Shown: positions 1-6,903 of the stretch, one piece after another | How the letters are laid out: every line of letters begins with the position of its first letter | Position numbering within the stretch: position 1 is the stretch's first letter | Origin: Chitinophagaceae bacterium | GTDB lineage: Bacteria; Bacteroidota; Bacteroidia; Chitinophagales; UBA10324 | Direction of reading: 5' to 3' | Assembly (NCBI GenBank): GCA_023251195.1 | Contig: JAHEZG010000004.1 | Coordinates: forward strand, 1-33,949 | DNA length: 33,949 bases | The notes under the pieces: generated by a model | What the model saw: the letters and a program-made list of their open reading frames with translations, nothing else | What the model was told of the DNA's origin: nothing | The model's database searches: none | Translations under genes and position numbers: made by a program

Positions 1-904
1 TTTTTGTGTTGATGGAATAATGATTGGAATGATTGACCAACAACTCATCATTCATCAATTTTCTTCCAACCAAATCAAACATTTCAATGGAGCGGACAAT
101 GGTGGGTGATGAAAAGGTGATTTCCACTTTTTCAGTGGCTGGGTTGGGATAGATGGCGATTTGCTGTTGCAGTAAATTATGAATGCCTTCAGGATTCAAA
201 TCACATTCAAGTGAATCGGGAGAAACACAAACATCATCAATGTAATAATAAGATTCATCAAAATTGCTCATTTGAGTTCCAATGCCTACAAATAATGTAT
301 CACAAACGCTGTCCTTAAAAAAATTTCCAATGAGTAAATATTTATATGCAGAATCTGCAATGAAACTTCCAGATAATACTGTCCAATTTATTTTATTAGA
401 AAATATTTGTTGAGCCTGAAGCTGAGCATGATTGTTTGGTAATGCAGGATTAGTAAACTCATCAAATGGAACTGTAGAAAATAAAACTCCTAAATTATTA
501 ACTGCATAATTAGAACTATCAGACAGGCTTGATTTAAAACTTACATAATATTTAGTTCCTGAAATCAACTCAGAAGATAATTGTGTTCCAATATACTCTC
601 GCCAATCTTCAATATATTTTACATAAGCAATTAGACCGCAGTAAGCATTACCAGTGGCTGCATTTTGCTCACCATAATAATTATATGGAACACCTACATC
701 TCCTGGAATGCTACAAGAATTAAAATAATCTGACGACTGACCGAATGCTTCCCAACCTGTTGCATAAGAAACTTGATCTTGAGTTAATGGACAAGAAACA
801 GTATCCTCAAAACTCGGATTAGGCACAAGGTTTTGCGCAGATAATTTTTCAGCAGAAAATAAAATAAAGAAAGCAACGGATAAAAAGCTGAAGTTGATTT
901 TCAT
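1..904 (-). CDS. Secreted protein with signal peptide and T9SS (Por) C-terminal sorting domain; 3' end cut by the window edge
   Basis: Absent from the supplied ORF track because it is open at the window edge. The reverse strand from ATG 904-902 reads MKINFSFLSVAFFILFSAEKLSAQNLVPNPSFED... with no stop down to position 2. The last visible codons read ...IAIYPNPATEKVEITFSSPTIVRSIEMFDLVGRKLMNDELL..., the typical start of a Bacteroidota T9SS CTD. Confidence 0.7.
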   Translation of the reverse strand, partial: MKINFSFLSVAFFILFSAEKLSAQNLVPNPSFEDTVSCPLTQDQVSYATGWEAFGQSSDYFNSCSIPGDVGVPYNYYGEQNAATGNAYCGLIAYVKYIEDWREYIGTQLSSELISGTKYYVSFKSSLSDSSNYAVNNLGVLFSTVPFDEFTNPALPNNHAQLQAQQIFSNKINWTVLSGSFIADSAYKYLLIGNFFKDSVCDTLFVGIGTQMSNFDESYYYIDDVCVSPDSLECDLNPEGIHNLLQQQIAIYPNPATEKVEITFSSPTIVRSIEMFDLVGRKLMNDELLVNHSNHYSINTK

Positions 905-978
905 TTTATAAATGTAAAATAAAAAGTAGTGTTACCCTGCTCCACTTTTTGATTTTTGATATTTAATTTTTGATTTAC

Positions 979-1470
979 CTAAACAGGTTTGAATCTTTCA
1001 AATGCCTGCTTGCACGAAAAACAAAAATGTGTGCTGCGGCAAAGGGTGCTTCCGAAAATAGAATTCATAGTTGTGTCTTCGCTGCCGCAATGCGGGCACT
1101 TGCTGTGCGCAATTTCTTCCATCCCGAAATTACCGCAGTGGCGCTGCGGAGTTCCAAGCCCGAAATTTTCCAGCAGTATTTTTCCGTTGGGGGTTATGCG
1201 GTCGCTGTTCCATACAATTGAATCATCTAACTGCACTTCCACATTTTCATAACCAAGCGATTCCACTTTTTTCTGAATTGAATCTTTAATCACATGAATG
1301 GCAGGGCATGCGGTGAAAGTTGGAATCATTTTCACGCGTACACCTGTAACAGTTTCTTCCACACCGGTAATCATGCCCATATCAATCACCGATAGTGTCG
1401 GAATTTCCGGGTCCATCACTTCTTCAAGTGATTTATAAATTTCTTGTTGGTTGAAAATTGTTGCGGTCAT
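979..1470 (-). CDS. paaD: 1,2-phenylacetyl-CoA epoxidase subunit PaaD (PaaJ)
   Basis: 163 aa. N-terminal DUF59-like segment (EVMDPEIPTLSVIDMGMI) and a C-terminal Cys-rich zinc ribbon (CPHCGS...CFSCKQAFERFK). Last gene of a paaA-B-C-D run. Confidence 0.85.
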   Translation of the reverse strand: MTATIFNQQEIYKSLEEVMDPEIPTLSVIDMGMITGVEETVTGVRVKMIPTFTACPAIHVIKDSIQKKVESLGYENVEVQLDDSIVWNSDRITPNGKILLENFGLGTPQRHCGNFGMEEIAHSKCPHCGSEDTTMNSIFGSTLCRSTHFCFSCKQAFERFKPV

Positions 1471-1482
1471 TGTTTTATCATT

Positions 1483-1576
1483 TAAACTCCTAAAACTCCT
1501 TTGTATTTACTCCTATGACTCCTAGTAAAAATTTTAACTGGGAGTTTTAGGAGTTTATTTTAGGAGTCATAGGAGT
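1483..1576. repeat. Interleaved inverted repeats in the paaC-paaD spacer (A 1483-1499 / A' 1541-1557; B 1509-1524 / B' 1561-1576)
   Basis: Read directly. aaactcctaaaactcc (1484-1499) is the exact reverse complement of ggagttttaggagttt (1541-1556). actcctatgactccta (1509-1524) is the exact reverse complement of taggagtcataggagt (1561-1576). The order is A-B-A'-B'. It is built from four ACTCC pentamers followed by four GGAGT pentamers. Confidence 0.9.
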
Positions 1577-1584
1577 TTTGTTTT

Positions 1585-2334
1585 TCACCATTCTGTTCCC
1601 TCCGCTTCACTGCTTATCACTTCCGCCATTTCAGTTAACAGTGGTTGCAACTGGTCGGTGTGGTAACCCTTTCTTCCACCATAAACAGGAGCTGACGATG
1701 ATGGAATTTTCAGGTTTGCTTTTTCAATGATGGGCGAAATTTTTTCCATCCACTTTTGCTGTAACACTTTTTCGCCGTCGAATATTTTTTCAGCAATTAA
1801 TTCTGCTTCGAAATCTGATGGTTCAAAAATTCCGAGAGCATAATTCCACAATTCATTCAATGCACTTTGCATGCGCGCATGACTTTCTTCGGTTGCATTT
1901 CCCAATCGCGTGAGCCAGGTATCGGCATGCAGCACATGATATTTTAATTCGCCTTTTATTTTTTTCGAAAGTTGCGCAAGCGGCGCGAACGATGAAGTCG
2001 AAAGCATTTCGTACCGGATAAAATCAGCGTGGTCGAATAAAAAATGACGCACCAGACTGAAATCATATTCGTGATTCGATAATTCCACCAACTGGCAATT
2101 CATTAGTTCATTTTCCTTCCTGAAAAAAGCGAGCTTGTCAGGATTCGCCGTTTGAAATTCTTTTTCCAGAATAGAATAGTTCGCCAGTGCGTGACCGATT
2201 TTATCCTGCGCCATACTTGAGAAGGCAATGTCTTCTTCCATAATGGGTCCCATGCCCGTCCACTCACTCATGCGGTGACCGTATATCAATTCGTCGTCAG
2301 CCATTCTGAACAATAAATTTTTTATCGCTTCCAT
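1585..2334 (-). CDS. paaC: 1,2-phenylacetyl-CoA epoxidase subunit PaaC (PaaI)
   Basis: 249 aa helical ferritin-like protein (DELIYGHRMSEW, DKIGHALANY). It lies between paaB and paaD, 3 nt downstream of the paaB stop. Confidence 0.85.
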   Translation of the reverse strand: MEAIKNLLFRMADDELIYGHRMSEWTGMGPIMEEDIAFSSMAQDKIGHALANYSILEKEFQTANPDKLAFFRKENELMNCQLVELSNHEYDFSLVRHFLFDHADFIRYEMLSTSSFAPLAQLSKKIKGELKYHVLHADTWLTRLGNATEESHARMQSALNELWNYALGIFEPSDFEAELIAEKIFDGEKVLQQKWMEKISPIIEKANLKIPSSSAPVYGGRKGYHTDQLQPLLTEMAEVISSEAEGTEW

Positions 2335-2337
2335 AGT

Positions 2338-2736
2338 TTATGCCTTTTGCTTGCTTTTTTTATAACGATTAATTTTTTCCATCACTCTGAATCCCGATGC
2401 TTCGCGATATTGTTTTTCGGGTGCAGTGGCATTGTCGAAAATATCTTCGTCATCATAACTGAACGAAAAAATGTCGGATGATTTTGTCACCCACAAATTC
2501 ACGCACGCCAATCGCCGACCGAATTGTTCTTTCGCAAACAACAGCGCGAGTTGCGCATCGGGCGCATGCACAATGCCGACATGCACATGCTGGTCGCCGC
2601 GTTTTTTCTGATGAAAAACTTCCCACGAAATCCAGTGTTCGTTTTCGCCGATTGCGGTGGTGCCGTAAGTGCTTTCTAAATCAACGCGCTTAATGCGCGG
2701 GTCGAGTACCGGAGTGTTTAAAGGTATCTTGCTCAT
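2338..2736 (-). CDS. paaB: 1,2-phenylacetyl-CoA epoxidase subunit PaaB (PaaH)
   Basis: Start trimmed to ATG 2736-2734 ([17 protein letters not shown]..., 132 aa), which forms an ATGA overlap with the paaA stop (2733-2735). Core segment is [23 protein letters not shown]...[10 protein letters not shown]. Confidence 0.85.
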   Translation of the reverse strand: MSKIPLNTPVLDPRIKRVDLESTYGTTAIGENEHWISWEVFHQKKRGDQHVHVGIVHAPDAQLALLFAKEQFGRRLACVNLWVTKSSDIFSFSYDDEDIFDNATAPEKQYREASGFRVMEKINRYKKSKQKA

Positions 2737-3719
2737 GCAAATGGAATTACAACTTTTTGATTCGGATTCATCATGGCGGTGCGCACCCACTTGCCATGCT
2801 CTTCAACATACTGACGAACAGCGAGGCGCTCGGCATTGCAAGGACCATCGCCATTTATCACGCGCTTAAATTCATCCCAGTCGGGGTCGCTGAATTCCCA
2901 TTGTCCGGTTGCTTCATTCTTCTTCAGGTTTGGGTCAGGAATGGTGATTCCGATTTCCAGAATCTTCGGCACATACATATCCAGAAACTGATTTCGCATA
3001 TCGTCGTTGGTTGCCATTTTCACTTTCCATCGCATCAGCTTCGCCGTGTGTTCCGAAATTTTATCGGGCGGTCCGTGAAAGTGCATGATGGGTTTCCACC
3101 AGCGGTTGAGCGCATCCTGCAGCATATCGTGTTGCGCTTTTGTTCCGGTTGCCAATGTGATAAATGCATCGTGACCTTGTTTCAGGTGAAATGATTCTTC
3201 ATAACAGATGCGCTCGAGCGCGCGGCAGTACGGACCATACGAACCTTTCGAATTCGCCACCTGATTGACAATGGCGCCCGCATCAATCAGAAAACCAATG
3301 ACTGTTACATCAGCCCATGTTTTTGCCGGATAGTTAAACACATTACTGTACTTCGATTTTCCAGTGAGCAAATCATTAATCATTTGCTCGCGCGATTTGC
3401 CGAGTGTTTCAGCAGCACTGTACAACAAATGCGCGTGACCAATTTCGTCCTGCACTTTTGCAATCAGCGCGAGCTTGCGGCGAAATCCCGGGGCGCGTGT
3501 AATCCATGTGCCTTCGGGCAAAGCGCCAATCACTTCGCTGTGCGCGTGCTGCTCAATCATGCGAATGAGTTGCTTGCGGTAATCAGCAGGCATCCAGTCG
3601 TGCGGTTCAATTTTTTCGCCGCGGTCAATGCGCGCTTCAAACTCCGCAAGTTTTTGTGCATCATCAATCGGTGATGTTGCCTCCTGTTTTTCTTCCTGAA
3701 TATATCCTCCTCCGTACAT
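2733..3719 (-). CDS. paaA: 1,2-phenylacetyl-CoA epoxidase catalytic subunit PaaA (PaaG)
   Basis: Start trimmed to ATG 3719-3717 ([10 protein letters not shown]..., 328 aa). Di-iron ExxH motifs are DEIGHAHLL and EESFHLKQG. The longer ORF back to 3845 runs through repeat and hairpin DNA. Confidence 0.9.
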   Translation of the reverse strand: MYGGGYIQEEKQEATSPIDDAQKLAEFEARIDRGEKIEPHDWMPADYRKQLIRMIEQHAHSEVIGALPEGTWITRAPGFRRKLALIAKVQDEIGHAHLLYSAAETLGKSREQMINDLLTGKSKYSNVFNYPAKTWADVTVIGFLIDAGAIVNQVANSKGSYGPYCRALERICYEESFHLKQGHDAFITLATGTKAQHDMLQDALNRWWKPIMHFHGPPDKISEHTAKLMRWKVKMATNDDMRNQFLDMYVPKILEIGITIPDPNLKKNEATGQWEFSDPDWDEFKRVINGDGPCNAERLAVRQYVEEHGKWVRTAMMNPNQKVVIPFA

Positions 3720-3748
3720 GGCTTTTTTAGTTTGTTGTTTAATTATTT

Positions 3749-3783
3749 GTTTCGAGTTTCGGGTTTTTAGTTTCTGGTTTCGC
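3749..3783. repeat. Five tandem heptamers GTTTYNN (gtttcga gtttcgg gttttta gtttctg gtttcgc)
   Basis: Read directly. On the paa sense strand they read GCGAAAC CAGAAAC TAAAAAC CCGAAAC TCGAAAC and end 30 nt upstream of the paaA ATG. Confidence 0.85.
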
Positions 3784-3803
3784 GCTTCGAAAAGCTCAGC
3801 GCG
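3781..3803 (-). repeat. Hairpin module 1 (cgcgct / 11-nt loop / agcgcg)
   Basis: 6-bp stem 3781-3786 / 3798-3803. The loop on the minus strand is gagcttttcga. Confidence 0.7.
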
Positions 3804-3842
3804 ACAGTCGTTGTCGTGTGGAAATTGTTGAAACACCTTTGT

Positions 3843-3865
3843 CATCCTGAGCTTGTCGAAGGATG
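3843..3865 (+). repeat. Hairpin module 2 (catcct / gagcttgtcga / aggatg), containing the tgtcatcctgagc motif
   Basis: 6-bp stem 3843-3848 / 3860-3865. The loop matches the module 1 loop at 10 of 11 positions but sits on the opposite strand. The 13-mer tgtcatcctgagc (3840-3852) recurs inverted at 31282-31294. Confidence 0.7.
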
Positions 3866-3889
3866 CGCAATTGCGATTTGTATTTCATC

Positions 3890-3921
3890 ATCAAATTATC
3901 AAATCTCCAAATCATCAAATC
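3890..3921. repeat. Four tandem octamers ATCAAATY (atcaaatt atcaaatc tccaaatc atcaaatc)
   Basis: Read directly. The array abuts and overlaps the tetR stop codon (3920-3922). Confidence 0.8.
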
Positions 3922-4504
3922 AGTATTTTAGTATTCCATTTAAAAAAACTTCCACCATTTGTTCTGCTATTTCTTCGGGCTGTAATTTTCCTTTCGGTGT
4001 AAACCATTCGTAGATGCCATTCATAGCTGAGAAGATTACGAACAAGGTTAATTTCTCATCTCTGATTTGAAATTTTTTTTCTTCTGCTCCTGCTTTTAAA
4101 ATGTTCTTGTAAAAATTTTCGTAGCGCTTGCGCATCAGTTTAAAATCAGAAAGAAATGGTTCACTCAGGTGTCGCCATTCATGCAGAAACACTACTGACG
4201 AATCCATGTTTTGTGTGATGATGCGAATGTGTGCTGTTACAGCTTGCTTAAATAAATCTTTTGCCGGAAGTTTTTTTCGCTGCAATTCGTCTGACGATTT
4301 TAAAAACTGTTCTGCCAGTTCAAAACAAATGAGCTGAAGAATTTCTTCCTTTGATTTTATGTGGCTGTACAAACTCGCCGCTTCAATTCCCAGTTCTCCT
4401 GCAATGTGCCGCATGGATGTGGCGGCATATCCCCGCTCACGAAATAAGTTTTTCGCTGTATGATGAATCTGTTGCTTTCTGTTTTTGATAATTGCGGTTG
4501 CCAT
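3920..4504 (-). CDS. TetR/AcrR family transcriptional regulator, candidate regulator of the adjacent paa genes
   Basis: 194 aa. N-terminal TetR HTH (AKNLFRERGYAATSMRHIAGELGIEAASLYSHIKSKEEIL). Same strand as paaABCD and directly upstream of it. Confidence 0.85.
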   Translation of the reverse strand: MATAIIKNRKQQIHHTAKNLFRERGYAATSMRHIAGELGIEAASLYSHIKSKEEILQLICFELAEQFLKSSDELQRKKLPAKDLFKQAVTAHIRIITQNMDSSVVFLHEWRHLSEPFLSDFKLMRKRYENFYKNILKAGAEEKKFQIRDEKLTLFVIFSAMNGIYEWFTPKGKLQPEEIAEQMVEVFLNGILKY

Positions 4505-4524
4505 CCTAACTAACGGTCGTTAGG
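4505..4524. promoter_or_regulatory. Imperfect palindrome cctaac-taacggtc-gttagg, candidate TetR operator
   Basis: cctaac (4505-4510) and gttagg (4519-4524) are inverted repeats, with a nested taacg-gt-cgtta. It lies immediately upstream of the tetR start codon, in the tetR/GNAT divergent region. Confidence 0.3.
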
Positions 4525-4624
4525 CAAATATAAAACCAGGGTTCAACTTTCCAAACTTTCATTTCACCAATTAGTTTTATAGGAAAAGAAATTAAATCAC
4601 TTTCGCAGTCAATAATTTCTTCCA

Positions 4625-5068
4625 ATGAAAATTCAACAAGGCAAGTACATTATTTCAGATGAAAAAGATTTGATGGATATAAAAATTATTCATCAATATC
4701 TTTCTGAAGAATCTTATTGGTGTGCGGGAATTCCGATTGAAGTGGTAAAGAAATCCATTGATGGCGCGCATTGCTTCGGAATTTTTCACAATGAAAATCA
4801 AATTGGATTTGCACGAGTCATTACTGACCACGCAACATTCGCCTATCTCGCCGATGTTTTTGTTTTATCCGGACACCGCGGAAAAGGATTGTCGAAATGG
4901 CTGATAAAAACCATTGTTGATAATCCTGAATTACAGGGATTAAGAAGATGGATACTCGCCACTCGCGATGCTCATGCGCTGTACGAACAATTCGGATTTA
5001 CATCACTTGCAAAACCCGACAGATTTATGGAGCTGCACAACCCGAATGTTTATCAGAAAAACGGCTGA
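4625..5068 (+). CDS. GNAT family N-acetyltransferase
   Basis: 147 aa. Acetyl-CoA binding motif A HRGKGLSKWL; ends ...ALYEQFGF. Confidence 0.8.
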   Translation: MKIQQGKYIISDEKDLMDIKIIHQYLSEESYWCAGIPIEVVKKSIDGAHCFGIFHNENQIGFARVITDHATFAYLADVFVLSGHRGKGLSKWLIKTIVDNPELQGLRRWILATRDAHALYEQFGFTSLAKPDRFMELHNPNVYQKNG

Positions 5069-5100
5069 AACAATTTTTTTCTTTATCAACAATGTGTGAT

Positions 5101-5108
5101 TACATTTG
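5101..5108 (+). promoter_or_regulatory. Candidate Bacteroidota -7 promoter box TACATTTG (TAnnTTTG) for rimP-nusA-infB
   Basis: Exact match to the TAnnTTTG consensus, 42 nt upstream of the rimP ATG. There is no clear -33 TTTG. Confidence 0.3.
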
Positions 5109-5124
5109 CGACGGATTAGTGATG

Positions 5125-5146
5125 AGGGGACAATGTCCCCTTTTTT
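5125..5146 (+). terminator. Intrinsic-terminator-like hairpin plus T6, 4 nt before the rimP start (GNAT terminator and/or rimP leader attenuator)
   Basis: aggggac-aat-gtcccct (7-bp GC-rich stem, 3-nt loop; 5125-5141) followed by tttttt (5141-5146). The rimP ATG is at 5150. Confidence 0.55.
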
Positions 5147-5149
5147 ATT

Positions 5150-5614
5150 ATGAATAACTCAGAGCTTCAAAATAAGATAACAGCCATTTTGGAACCCGAA
5201 CTGCAACTGCACGACTGGTTTCTGGTGGAATGCAAAGTGCAAAACGGAAGGGTGCAGATTGCAGTAGATGCCGACAATGGATTCACCATTGAAAATTGCG
5301 TGAAGCTAAGCAGACTGCTGGAATCGGAATTGAATGCAGAGTTTCCGTTTTCAGATAATTACTCACTTGAATTGGGAAGCCCCGGAATGGGAAATCCATT
5401 TAAAGCGTGGAGACAGTACAAAAAATACATCGGGCGAAAAGTAATTGTCATCACCACCGAAGGGCAAACAAAGAATGGAAAAATGATTGAAGTGAGCGAC
5501 ACCCGCATCGTGCTCGAAACAACAAAAACAGAAAAGAAAATTGAAACAGTGACCGGACAAATTGAAATTCCTTTTACTCAAATTAAATCAACCGCATTGG
5601 TTGTTACATTTTAA
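5150..5614 (+). CDS. rimP: Ribosome maturation factor RimP
   Basis: 154 aa. Its size and its position directly upstream of nusA-infB match the conserved rimP-nusA-infB operon. Confidence 0.8.
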   Translation: MNNSELQNKITAILEPELQLHDWFLVECKVQNGRVQIAVDADNGFTIENCVKLSRLLESELNAEFPFSDNYSLELGSPGMGNPFKAWRQYKKYIGRKVIVITTEGQTKNGKMIEVSDTRIVLETTKTEKKIETVTGQIEIPFTQIKSTALVVTF

Positions 5615-5631
5615 AACACAGTTCGAAAACC

Positions 5632-6894
5632 ATGAACAACATTGAGCTGATTGAATCATTCTCAGAATTCAAAGAGCAAAAAAACATTGACCGCCCAACC
5701 ATGATGAAGGTGCTGGAAGATGTATTCCGCACGCTTATCCGGAAAAAACATTTGTCGGATGAAAACTTTGACATCATTGTAAACACCGAGAAAGGTGATT
5801 TGGAAATATGGCACCGCAGAGAAATTGTTGCAGATGGCGCAGTTGAAGATCCTGTAAAACAAATTTCGCTTTCTGATGCTCAGTTAATTGAGCCCGATTT
5901 TCAGGTTGGAGAAGAGGCTATTGAAGAAGTGAAGATGGCTTCATTCGGTCGTCGTGCAATTTTATCGGCTCGCCAAACTCTTGCGGGTCGTGTTTCTGAA
6001 TTGGAAAAAGACGAACTCTTTAAAAAATATACTGACCGTGTTGGTGAAATTATCAGTGGTGAAGTTTATCAAACCTGGAAAAGAGAAACTTTGTTGATTG
6101 ACGATGAAGGAAACGAATTGATTCTTCCAAAGACCGAACAAATACCTGCCGACTTTTTTAAGAAGGGGGATAATGTTCGTGCTGTTTTAAAATCAGTTGA
6201 ATTAAAAAATAATGCGCCGATGATTATTCTGTCGCGCACTGATCCATCATTCTTAGCCAAACTTTTAGAACAAGAAGTTCCTGAAATATTTGATGGATTA
6301 ATTACCATTAAAAAAATTGTTCGTGAGCCGGGCGAGAGAGCAAAAGTTGCGGTTGAGTCTTATGATGATCGCATTGATCCCGTTGGAGCCTGTGTTGGAA
6401 TGAAGGGTTCGCGCATACATGGTATTGTTCGTGAATTAAAAAATGAAAACATTGACATCATCAACTACACTAATAATATTCAGTTGATGATTGCCCGCGC
6501 ATTAACTCCGGCGAAAATCACTTCAATGGAAATTAATGAGGAGAAAAAAAGTGTGTCGGTTTATTTGAAACCCGATCAGGTTTCATTGGCAATTGGTCGT
6601 GGCGGTGTGAACATTCGTCTCGCAGGTCGCATTACAGGATTGAGCATTGATGTGTTCCGCGACACCATGGAAGAAGGCGAAGATTTTGATATTGACCTGG
6701 ATGAATTTTCAGATGAAATTGAAAGCTGGATCATTGATGAATTAAAAGCAATTGGTTGCGACACTGCAAGAAGCGTGTTGGAATTGAATGCCGATGAGTT
6801 AGTGCGCCGCTCTGATTTAGAAGAAGAAACAGTTAAAGAAGTTATCCGGATTCTGAAAACAGAATTTGATGACGAAAAGAAAAAAGCAGAATAA
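5632..6894 (+). CDS. nusA: Transcription termination/antitermination factor NusA
   Basis: 420 aa. S1 segment (GEIISGEVYQ), KH motifs (GACVGMKGSRIHGIVREL; AIGRGGVNIRLAGRITG) and an acidic C-terminus. Confidence 0.95.
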   Translation: MNNIELIESFSEFKEQKNIDRPTMMKVLEDVFRTLIRKKHLSDENFDIIVNTEKGDLEIWHRREIVADGAVEDPVKQISLSDAQLIEPDFQVGEEAIEEVKMASFGRRAILSARQTLAGRVSELEKDELFKKYTDRVGEIISGEVYQTWKRETLLIDDEGNELILPKTEQIPADFFKKGDNVRAVLKSVELKNNAPMIILSRTDPSFLAKLLEQEVPEIFDGLITIKKIVREPGERAKVAVESYDDRIDPVGACVGMKGSRIHGIVRELKNENIDIINYTNNIQLMIARALTPAKITSMEINEEKKSVSVYLKPDQVSLAIGRGGVNIRLAGRITGLSIDVFRDTMEEGEDFDIDLDEFSDEIESWIIDELKAIGCDTARSVLELNADELVRRSDLEEETVKEVIRILKTEFDDEKKKAE

Positions 6895-6903
6895 TAAAAC
6901 TGA

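Noticed and set aside
970-1289. Three plus-strand ORFs (72-87 aa) antisense to paaD
   Set aside because: They overlap one another and a well-supported paaD. Their Cys/Arg-rich composition is typical of antisense frames.
2737-2790. 18-codon extension of the paaB ORF
   Set aside because: It lies entirely inside the paaA 3' end. The ATG at 2736 gives the classic ATGA coupling.
3720-3845. N-terminal 42-codon extension of the paaA ORF ([14 protein letters not shown]...KQQTKKA)
   Set aside because: It runs through the heptamer array and hairpin module DNA and is K/Q-rich low complexity. PaaA-like sequence only begins at the internal Met (3719).
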